Below are positions 45,668 through 53,213 of a stretch of 63,834 nucleotides of DNA, piece after piece (the stretch's first letter is position 1; every line of letters begins with the position of its first letter). Source of the stretch: Armatimonadota bacterium (GTDB lineage Bacteria > Armatimonadota > DASRZA01); the NCBI GenBank assembly GCA_035686845.1, contig DASRZA010000447.1:1-63834 (forward strand). The letters run 5' to 3'. The notes under the pieces are model-generated. The model made no database searches. It had not been told where the DNA came from and saw only the letters and a program-made list of their open reading frames with translations. A program made the position numbers and the translations under genes.

Positions 45668-45778
45668 ATTCGATCCTATCGGTGGCACGTCAAGTTTGGC
45701 CGGATTAAAAGATAGTGAGCCTGGACTACAGCAATGGACTAACGCCCAATACCGAGACGGCGTCCAGGCTTCAGGTAT

Positions 45779-45787
45779 ATTATAGCA
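45779..45787 (-). promoter_or_regulatory. Extended -10 promoter element (TGCTATAAT) for the 13-gene operon
   Basis: The minus strand reads tcTTGCTATAATatacc, inside the only AT-rich patch of the 443-bp upstream region. Confidence 0.5.
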
Positions 45788-45812
45788 AGACAAAGTGGGG
45801 AAATTGTCACTT

Positions 45813-45833
45813 TTATCTATTTATAATAGATAA
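45813..45833. promoter_or_regulatory. Perfect 8-bp inverted repeat (TTATCTAT-N5-ATAGATAA), candidate operator or activator site
   Basis: ttatctat ttata atagataa. It lies about 26 to 54 nt upstream of the -10 element. Confidence 0.5.
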
Positions 45834-46110
45834 TCTCGTCTCGGTACTGCCTCTCATCTAATGTGGCGTGAGCTCCTGTGGGCGCCCGATAGACGCGACA
45901 ATGCGGCCGTCTGATGACGGATGCCGGGGAAGAGGACGCGGCCGTGTTTAGCGCGTTTACGAGGTGACTGACGCGCGACGGGGGCGCCCGTGCAGAGGAT
46001 CCGGCCTGGATGCGGCCGGCGTGAAGGCGCGCTACGCCAAGCGATGGATTGGCTGAGGGCCGACTGAGACGCGATTTATGAAGCGTTCAATTCGGCCCCC
46101 TAACTCACGC

Positions 46111-47124
46111 TCAGACGTTGTGGATAAACCCATCCATGGCCGCGGTTTTGACGGTCGCCGCTCCTACGTTCTCCTCGAAGTTCTCGAGGTTGAAGAGCGA
46201 GAGGACGCAGCAGTGGAAAATCGGGCCTTTACCGGAGATCGGTGACGTTGCCGACAGGGAGTAGCGGACGCAGGCGCGGCCTGGCATATCCGGCGCGCCC
46301 ATCTGCTGCCGGATATCAGCGTCGCCGCGCACTTTGCCCAATCCATGCGCGACCGTCTTCATGGCGGTCATACCGATGCCGGCCTTGTGCGCCTTCGCGA
46401 AGACTTCAATCACGTCCGGCGTGGTGGTAGCGCTCATCCATACCTGCATGCTGTCGATGATGCCTGAATCGATCTCCGCCTGGATGATTTCAGGATACGC
46501 CGGGTAATTCTCAGGATGGGAATGCTGCGAAACGCCGAAGTACTTCACTTTGCCTTCCCGCTTCAGCCGCTGGAACGCCTTATAGGTGCCGGTCTGGTTT
46601 TTGAAAGCGTCCACCGAATGCCAGCCGAAATGCGCGCGGAAGATATCGAAGTATTTCAAGCCCGTACGGTCCAACGCCGTTACAACCTGCTGGTACGCCT
46701 GATCTTCGTTATCCGGATTGTTGGGCGTTGAATCGACCGTCAAGTCGGTATAATAAGAGTCGCGGGGCAGCCCCTGAAACTCGGCCGGCATCGATTTCCA
46801 GTATCCTGCCTTGTGGACAAAATTCGCGCCCAGCGCCAGCGCCGGCGCATAAAGATCACGATTCCAATCGGTGGAGATGAGAACCCGGCTCACCTCCATG
46901 GCGCCCATCCGTGTTCCGAGCTTCATCCGTTCCAGCTTGCCCACGCGGTCGGCCACCAACTCCGCGGCTTCGGCCTTCTGGTGCAGCGTGAGGACTCCGA
47001 TTCCCGCCAGGCCGGCTGTCGCCAGGCCGGCGCTCGCCGTAGCCTGCGACATTCGCCGCATAAATTCCCGCCTGCTCAACGGCTTTAACTCTTTATCTCC
47101 ATTGCCTTCAGATTCTCTCTGCAT
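46111..47124 (-). CDS. Tat-signal protein, aldo/keto-reductase-like
   Basis: SRREFMRRMSQATASAGLATAGLAG twin-arginine signal. The body has AKR-like blocks (REGKVKYFGVSQHS). Confidence 0.5.
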   Translation of the reverse strand: MQRESEGNGDKELKPLSRREFMRRMSQATASAGLATAGLAGIGVLTLHQKAEAAELVADRVGKLERMKLGTRMGAMEVSRVLISTDWNRDLYAPALALGANFVHKAGYWKSMPAEFQGLPRDSYYTDLTVDSTPNNPDNEDQAYQQVVTALDRTGLKYFDIFRAHFGWHSVDAFKNQTGTYKAFQRLKREGKVKYFGVSQHSHPENYPAYPEIIQAEIDSGIIDSMQVWMSATTTPDVIEVFAKAHKAGIGMTAMKTVAHGLGKVRGDADIRQQMGAPDMPGRACVRYSLSATSPISGKGPIFHCCVLSLFNLENFEENVGAATVKTAAMDGFIHNV

Positions 47125-47190
47125 GGGACATCGGTCCTTTCGAAAAACGGAATAGCACGCCAGGGCGTAAGTTCACCGGCAGCCGCCGCT

Positions 47191-47230
47191 GGCCCCCAAC
47201 CCCCAATAATGGGGGCGGCGGCCGGCTTTT
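47191..47230. repeat. Copy B of the dispersed hairpin (REP-like) element
   Basis: ggcccccaacccccaataatgggggcggcggccggctttt. Compare 12061..12100. Confidence 0.75.
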
Positions 47231-47276
47231 TTCTGCCGGAATGCAATTGACTAACTCTATCCGGGAAAGCCCGGTC

Positions 47277-47783
47277 TCAGCCTTCTCTTAGCGTCCACTC
47301 CCGCGCGAGGCGAGCGGAGCCGCTGAACTCGGTGGATTGGAGCAGTTGATCAAGCCGGCTGAAAAGCGTCAGTACCGGCATTGCGCACGACTCATCCCCG
47401 ATCGGTTCGCCGGTCCTGGCGTCCCACCACTCCTGCCAGCATCCTTCGGGCAATTGACGCGACTTCAGCACGTGCGCCGCGTGCGCAGCCCGACCCAAAA
47501 AGGGCCCGCTGGCCGCCGCCCCCATCTGAGCCAGCGCTTCCATGCAATCCGCCGCATAACTTATCGAAAGCGACCGTTCGTCCGGGCAGAGCGGAAACAA
47601 TGCCCAAGCCCACCCAACCGGCGCGGTCCGGCTCAGTATCGCATCCGCCGCCTTCATCGCGGCCAGCCACAACCGGTCTCGCTCGTCCGCATCCTCCGAA
47701 AGTGTCCATTCCAACAGCAGGCCCCGGACACGCTGCGGGAGAGCGTTGGACGGATGAGGTAGTAAGTCGGATCGCCCGGCCAT
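47277..47783 (-). CDS. Hypothetical protein
   Basis: 168-aa ORF. A weak QW-like motif (EGCWQEWWD) is the only feature. Confidence 0.45.
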   Translation of the reverse strand: MAGRSDLLPHPSNALPQRVRGLLLEWTLSEDADERDRLWLAAMKAADAILSRTAPVGWAWALFPLCPDERSLSISYAADCMEALAQMGAAASGPFLGRAAHAAHVLKSRQLPEGCWQEWWDARTGEPIGDESCAMPVLTLFSRLDQLLQSTEFSGSARLAREWTLREG

Positions 47784-47806
47784 TTACCCCGGAATCTCCC
47801 AGAGGA

Positions 47807-49732
47807 TCAAGTCTCGCCCTCCTCCTCCTTCATGCGATAAATCTCGCGGGCGGCGGCGGCGTATTCGTGGTCTTTGCCCTTATCCTTGCGAGCGGTCCAA
47901 TCCCCACGATAGAAGCCATCGGTCCATTTCTCTTCCGGGGCTTTGTACTCTCGATCTTCCTGGAAAGTGTAGACGACAATCGAGTGATCCGGAAGCACCG
48001 GGCAGTGATACTCACAGATGCCGCAGCCGGTGCAGAGCTTTTCGTCTACCGTCGGAACCCGCTTGGTGCGGCCCTTGTTGCCCGACGCCGTAATCGGCTG
48101 GGTGGGGTCCTTGGGCAGGCTGTCGTCAAAAACATCCCGGAATATGACCGCAGAATAGGGACAAACTTCCGCGCAAACGATGCAATCGCGGCCGCCGTTC
48201 CAGGCTACGCAGGTATTGTGGTTGACGTTCGCCAAGCCCATTTTGATCTTGTAACGCTTATCCTGCCAGGTGAATGGTCGGATGGCGTGGGTGGGACAGA
48301 CATCTCCACAGGAAGTGCATTTTTCAGCGCAAGGCCCGATGCTTGGCACTAAGAGCGGCGTCCAGATTCCTTCCCATCCGGTTTCCAGCATCGCCGGCTG
48401 AAGAGCGTTCGTAGGGCACACTTTCATACATTCGGCGCAGCGGGTGCAAGCGGAGAGAAATTCTTTTTCGGGCAGCGCGCCGGGCGGGCGCATCGCCTTG
48501 TTGTTGCGGGGGTAGCGCCGCATGATTCCCTGGTAGTTGGTGGCGCTGCTCTTCGCGGCGCTGGCCCAGAGAAGACCGGCTCCAATGGCGCCTATAATTC
48601 GCCGGCGTCCCAGATCGATCCCCGGCTGAGGCTTTGGTGTCTCGATCTTGCGGTCGCGGTTCTTCGCAAAGATGAGCGCGCTGAGCGGCGCCGGGACCTT
48701 CGCCTCGATCTGGATTACGTCTGTAGGACAGATCGTTTCGCAGCGGAAGCACTGGATGCATTCGGTGATGGCGTGGGTCACCTCTTCCGTCGCCTTCGCA
48801 TCCAGGTTCTCGTAGCATCCGTGGCGGCTCTGCGCCTCACACTTCTTGCAGTGGATGCAGCCATCCATGTGAACGTAATGCCGGAGCCACGCCCATCGAG
48901 AGAGCAGCCCGAGCAGGCCGCCATAGGGACAGAGGTTCCGGCACCAGAACCGCTCCTGCGTGGAGGAAAGGGCGATGATTCCCACCATAATCAGCAGGAT
49001 GGGGATGCTGTTGTAGTACACCATCGTCGGCAGGTGCCAGGTCGAAATACTGATGTCGAACCGGGAGTAGGCGAAATTCCCGAGACCAATCTGATCCATG
49101 CCGCTCAGGAATCCGTTCCATACGTACGCGATCGGGCCGTAGATACAGAATGTGAATGTCCGGGTGATCAGGCTCAATGGATCTCCGAACGCCAGGATGT
49201 CCACGCCAAAGACCAGCGCGCCCAGGCCCACCAGGAGGTACACGAACTTGAAGTTACGGTACTTCCGGGTTTCGGTTCGCTTGCGATTGTAGAAAATTCG
49301 GCCCTTGCGATAGAGCAGCCGGTCGCTGATATCGATGAGGGTGCCGAGTGGACAGATCCAGCCGCAGAAGATCCGGCCACCCCAGAGCGTGAGCAGCAGA
49401 ATGAAGAGCGACGGGCCAATGGCGTAGACCGCGAGATGATGACTCGCGACCCAGTTCTTGAGGACAACGAGAAAATCCAGCATCATGAAGAGGTCTTTTG
49501 GGATGCCCCATTTGGGACTGCCCGTAACCGTCGTCATGAAGAAAAAGAGAAGGAAGAGCCCGAAGAGCGTCAACTGCACGGTGCGACGAATCGTCACAAT
49601 ACGGTGCGCTGCCTTGTTGCCCGGCGATTCGCGCATACGGCGCTTCTGCTCCGGAGTAAATCGAACCGGCGCCTCGGGGCTCGACTTCGTGAGATCAGTG
49701 ATAGAGATGGGGCGGGACGCGGGGGTTTCCAT
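47807..49732 (-). CDS. Membrane polyferredoxin resembling a NapH-like plus NapG-like fusion
   Basis: The N-terminal TM region carries CGWICPLG and CRNLCPYG motifs. Six further CxxCxxCxxxCP-type motifs follow: CIHCKKCEAQ, CIQCFRCETICP, CTRCAECMKVCP, CTSCGDVCP, CIVCAEVCP and CTGCGICEYHCP. There is an internal GRRRIIGAIGAGLLWASA segment. Confidence 0.7.
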   Translation of the reverse strand: METPASRPISITDLTKSSPEAPVRFTPEQKRRMRESPGNKAAHRIVTIRRTVQLTLFGLFLLFFFMTTVTGSPKWGIPKDLFMMLDFLVVLKNWVASHHLAVYAIGPSLFILLLTLWGGRIFCGWICPLGTLIDISDRLLYRKGRIFYNRKRTETRKYRNFKFVYLLVGLGALVFGVDILAFGDPLSLITRTFTFCIYGPIAYVWNGFLSGMDQIGLGNFAYSRFDISISTWHLPTMVYYNSIPILLIMVGIIALSSTQERFWCRNLCPYGGLLGLLSRWAWLRHYVHMDGCIHCKKCEAQSRHGCYENLDAKATEEVTHAITECIQCFRCETICPTDVIQIEAKVPAPLSALIFAKNRDRKIETPKPQPGIDLGRRRIIGAIGAGLLWASAAKSSATNYQGIMRRYPRNNKAMRPPGALPEKEFLSACTRCAECMKVCPTNALQPAMLETGWEGIWTPLLVPSIGPCAEKCTSCGDVCPTHAIRPFTWQDKRYKIKMGLANVNHNTCVAWNGGRDCIVCAEVCPYSAVIFRDVFDDSLPKDPTQPITASGNKGRTKRVPTVDEKLCTGCGICEYHCPVLPDHSIVVYTFQEDREYKAPEEKWTDGFYRGDWTARKDKGKDHEYAAAAREIYRMKEEEGET

Positions 49733-49743
49733 TGGAGCATGCC

Positions 49744-50751
49744 TCAGACGGAAATCTCGTTCAGTTTCAGCTTGCTGATGTCTATCTCGCCGCGGCCCAA
49801 CTGGTTCGCCAGCATCAGGTGGGGAACCTGGTCCGGCGTGACGCCTTTGACCGTCAGGAATTGGCAGCAGTAGGAGTCCACCGCGACCGGGTCGATGCCG
49901 ACCACTACTTTGTTGGGCGTGGTCACCTCACCGGGACCCTTTGGTCCGCGGGTCTGCAGGGCGCGGGTCGCGTCCGCCACGATAAGGGTGGGCCTGACCG
50001 CGCAGTTCAGCTCGGCGATGCAATCGTGGAGGCCGTAGCGGTGGTAATCCTTTCGATTCCAGATATTCCCCATCAGTTTCTTCATCGAGATGGTGATCAC
50101 CGCCGCCTCATGGTCCTTCACGACCGGCATACAAATAAAACTGTCCGCTAGCATAATGTCATGCGGAATCATCTGCTGGATGCGATTGTAATGGTGGCGT
50201 GACTCGTAAGGCTTGCCGTCCATGGTCTTGGGAACAGCCGCAGGGATATTGATATCTTTGTAGAGCGACGCGTCCGTGGGAGAGAGAAGCGTCGCTTTGG
50301 TGCCTGCTACCGCGCGGTTGGCGCCGCAGATGTCAAACGCCAGTTTCCAATCGTCTAACGTGTAATCGATGCAGGTGATCTTCCGGGCGCCGGCTTTCTC
50401 ACAAAGCTGGACAACGGCGCGGAGGACATCGGGATGCGTGGTGGCCGCCTGGTCCGGCGTCCGCATCCATCCCATGTTGGGGCTCAGAACGACGTGATCG
50501 CCTTTATGCACAAACTTTTCGATACCGCCGAATTCATTGATCGCCCGCTCCGTGACCTTCGCGTAGTTGTTCGGAGCTCCCTCCACAACGGAGAGATCGT
50601 ACCCGTGCGGCTTCGTACCGCCCCGCATTCGCGGCTTACCAAAACTGGTGTCGCCGACAAATGTAAGTCCGTAGAGACCACCTAAGACGCCGGCGCCGGC
50701 GGCTACCTCTAAGAACTGACGTCTTGAAAACCCATTCTTTTCCTTCGCCAT
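49744..50751 (-). CDS. Tat-signal DUF362-family protein
   Basis: FSRRQFLEVAAGAGVLGG signal. KGDHVVLSPNMGW...TTHPDVLRAVVQLC resembles the DUF362 core. Confidence 0.65.
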   Translation of the reverse strand: MAKEKNGFSRRQFLEVAAGAGVLGGLYGLTFVGDTSFGKPRMRGGTKPHGYDLSVVEGAPNNYAKVTERAINEFGGIEKFVHKGDHVVLSPNMGWMRTPDQAATTHPDVLRAVVQLCEKAGARKITCIDYTLDDWKLAFDICGANRAVAGTKATLLSPTDASLYKDINIPAAVPKTMDGKPYESRHHYNRIQQMIPHDIMLADSFICMPVVKDHEAAVITISMKKLMGNIWNRKDYHRYGLHDCIAELNCAVRPTLIVADATRALQTRGPKGPGEVTTPNKVVVGIDPVAVDSYCCQFLTVKGVTPDQVPHLMLANQLGRGEIDISKLKLNEISV

Positions 50752-50850
50752 GCGATCCCCCCCTCTACGTTCCGATTCATCGTACTCATATCACGTGAGC
50801 GCCTTCAGCTTCTCGTCATGCCCTCGGGCCGGCGGCGCTCAACTTCGCGG

Positions 50851-51759
50851 CTACTTCAATTTTGCCGCCGCGGCCCGAACAAGCGCCTGGGCTTTCGGCA
50901 TATTCGTGGCCCGCACAACGCCGACGAGGTAGGGGCCCCTGGCCGCCACCACGACGTTGCGAGCGAACCGGTCTAGCACACTGAAACCCGTCTCGCCCTT
51001 TAGCGGCGCTAAATCGCGGTTTCCCTTTTCGTAGGCAAGGTACTTTTGATACGCCGCGCGTGCGCCGGCGGCGGAAGGAAACTGTGCGATGAAAAGCTCC
51101 GCAGTGGCGCCAAGCGCAGGGTATCGGGCCGTAACCGCGTTGCTGACAAACGCGTGGCCGGCGACATTCGCTTTGACGTATTTTTCCGAGGCGGACTTCA
51201 TACCGGGCGGAAGTTTTTGGAGCAGCTCCGGCTGGGCGCTGGAGCCATGGATCCGGGCTGCAACGGCACGGGCAAGCGTCAACATCCCGTTTTTGAACTG
51301 AGCGGACCGTGAGATCGACGCGAGCCGGATGAGGTACCGGCCTTTCCAGAAGCTCATCCCGGTGCCATCGGTTGTGCGTGCTCCACCGGCGCCCACGTTG
51401 ACGGGCTGGCTTCCCTCTCGGTCCTGGCTGAAGAGACCAAAGGCATTCAGGGGATTGCTCATATCGTAAACGTTCACGTCGATCGACGGGTTCGGCCGGC
51501 CGTTGGGAGAGTAGCGGGCGTCGACGCATGATAGGAACGCGTACTCCTTCACGGCGTCGGCCCCGCCATCAATCAGATCGTACAGTGTATCGGGACCGTA
51601 GTCTTTAGGAGCGCCGACCATCTTCCAGCCCGCCACGGCTCCCGTTGCAGGCAAAAGGGTTCGAAGCGAGGCCGCCGATGCCCGACTCACCGGCATCATC
51701 CATCCCAGCGCGACCGCGACCCCAACTACCATCCATCCCCGCCAATTCCCAACCCGCAT
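50851..51759 (-). CDS. Secreted hypothetical protein
   Basis: The start is set at ATG 51759 (MRVGNWRGWMVVGVAVALGWMMPVSRASA signal peptide). Confidence 0.55.
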   Translation of the reverse strand: MRVGNWRGWMVVGVAVALGWMMPVSRASAASLRTLLPATGAVAGWKMVGAPKDYGPDTLYDLIDGGADAVKEYAFLSCVDARYSPNGRPNPSIDVNVYDMSNPLNAFGLFSQDREGSQPVNVGAGGARTTDGTGMSFWKGRYLIRLASISRSAQFKNGMLTLARAVAARIHGSSAQPELLQKLPPGMKSASEKYVKANVAGHAFVSNAVTARYPALGATAELFIAQFPSAAGARAAYQKYLAYEKGNRDLAPLKGETGFSVLDRFARNVVVAARGPYLVGVVRATNMPKAQALVRAAAAKLK

Positions 51760-51858
51760 CGACACGCGCCTTTCTTTTACGATTTCTTCCCACCAAAGAG
51801 GAACGTCATTGAGAGTGTAGACGCTGAGCATGGGCTATTGGTTGCAGCGCGGGTCTGA

Positions 51859-52176
51859 TCAATCCAATGGATAGGTAGTCATGAATACCCGAACGGGGTC
51901 GTCCGACTCCGGAAAGTCCGTCTCAAGGGAGTTGAAACGTCTGCCGCGACCCTCCATCTTTGCCTTATAGCGCAGGGTCGCATCCACTTCCCACGCGCAC
52001 GGGCTGGAGGCAGGCGCTTCATCATACACGTCGTTTCCCCATCTTGCGCGTTTGGGATATTGGCGGCGCTGGCGCGTGTCGTATTTGCCGCTGAAGGTAA
52101 TTTTCGTAGGACCAACGTCTTCCCATCGGGAGGTAGTTTCGTTATGGACGACGCGATCTCCTGCATATTTTATCAA
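51859..52176 (-). CDS. Doubtful small ORF
   Basis: The composition looks protein-like. However, the TTG start abuts a hairpin, no SD sequence is visible, and there is no motif. Confidence 0.2.
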   Translation of the reverse strand: MIKYAGDRVVHNETTSRWEDVGPTKITFSGKYDTRQRRQYPKRARWGNDVYDEAPASSPCAWEVDATLRYKAKMEGRGRRFNSLETDFPESDDPVRVFMTTYPLD

Positions 52177-52177
52177 G

Positions 52178-52210
52178 GTCGCTCGGTGGGGCCGAGCGAC
52201 ACGGATTTTT
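52178..52210 (+). terminator. Terminator-like hairpin with no obvious upstream plus-strand gene
   Basis: GTCGCTCGG-tgggg-CCGAGCGAC, then acgga and TTTTT (52206..52210). Confidence 0.4.
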
Positions 52211-52293
52211 CGGCCGTTGATCGGAACGGTTATCCTCTTAATGGAGGTGCGAGTTTTCGGAGGCGTTTGCGAGATTTTTATGAAGGGGGCGTC

Positions 52294-53127
52294 ATGAATC
52301 CAGATTGTCTTGAGTACCGGCTCACCGAAACTGAGCGCCGCACATTTAACGAAACGGGGCTGCTCACCATTGAGGACGCGCTGTCCGCGGCGCAGGTGGA
52401 CGAATTGACGGCGCTCGCCGACGCGATTTTCGAGCGGCGGCTTTCAGACGGACATGACCCGCACTCCAGCCTCTTCTATCCCAACTTTATTCCGGACTCG
52501 CCGCTGTTTGCCGACCTTGTGGATTATGAGCGAGTCCTACCCAAAGTCTGGGGGATTTTGGGCTGGAACATCTATCTCTATCACGCTCATCTGATTGTGA
52601 CTCCGCCGTCGGGCAAGACAAAAGACGATAAGACATTCGGCTGGCACCAGGACAGCGGCCGGGTAAACGTGGAGATGGAGAGCCATCCACGGCCGCGGTT
52701 ATCGCTCAAAGTGGCCTACTTCCTCTCGGATACGAGTGAACCGGACCGAGGCAACTTCTGGGTGATTCCCGGCAGCCATCTGAACGATACGATCAACCGG
52801 CCGGAAAATGGGGTGGGACAGCCGGCCGGGGCGGTTCCGGTGCTGGCGAAACCGGGTTCGGCGGTCTTCTTTGACCGGCGGCTCTGGCACACAGCGTCCC
52901 CGAACTGGTCGAATATCACGCGCAAAGTCCTGTTTTACGGCTATGGCTACCGCTGGATCCGCACCAAAGACGACATGACCGTCCAGGATCTTTGGGAACA
53001 GAGTGATCCGGTCCGCCGGCAGATGCTCGGCTGGGGAGTCAACTGCAACGGCCATTTTTCCCCTACCGACGACGATGTTCCGCTCCGGGTCTGGCTCCGG
53101 GAGCAGAGTCCGGAGGAGGCGTCTTGA
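52294..53127 (+). CDS. Phytanoyl-CoA dioxygenase (PhyH) family Fe(II)/2-oxoglutarate oxygenase
   Basis: The start is set at ATG 52294 (MNPDCLEY...). WHQDSG (HxD), VIPGSH and WHTASPN blocks. Confidence 0.75.
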   Translation: MNPDCLEYRLTETERRTFNETGLLTIEDALSAAQVDELTALADAIFERRLSDGHDPHSSLFYPNFIPDSPLFADLVDYERVLPKVWGILGWNIYLYHAHLIVTPPSGKTKDDKTFGWHQDSGRVNVEMESHPRPRLSLKVAYFLSDTSEPDRGNFWVIPGSHLNDTINRPENGVGQPAGAVPVLAKPGSAVFFDRRLWHTASPNWSNITRKVLFYGYGYRWIRTKDDMTVQDLWEQSDPVRRQMLGWGVNCNGHFSPTDDDVPLRVWLREQSPEEAS

Positions 53128-53213
53128 GACATGAGCGGGTTTTCACGCACTCAAATTGAATGGGTTTGTGCGACATAAGCCGCATACGATTGGCGCTCCC
53201 GGCCGGAGGAAGA

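Noticed and set aside
45668-45793. N-terminal extensions in the ORF track. One example is 42 extra codons on rSAM1. Similar extensions occur at 1437..2204, 12397..14472, 14334..15557, 17157..18074, 23970..25190, 29479..30870, 35399..37210, 38439..39278, 39118..40434, 50851..51831, 52060..53127, 53160..54056, 58311..58919 and 60207..61478.
   Set aside because: The extensions overlap upstream genes or are R/P-rich. Internal starts give ATGA-type junctions, SD sequences, signal peptides or alignment with a paralogue.
45813-45857. 14-aa minus-strand ORF (MRGSTETRLSIINR) upstream of rSAM1, considered as a possible RiPP precursor.
   Set aside because: It has no SD sequence, overlaps the palindromic operator, lies upstream of the predicted promoter, and has no Cys/Ser/Thr-rich core or leader-like features.
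45668-46110. Possible cobalamin riboswitch in the long upstream region of the B12-rSAM operon.
   Set aside because: I could not find a B12-box-like element (AGYCMGGAGACCKGCC-type) or the GGUG...CC core on either strand. Only a covariance-model scan could settle this.
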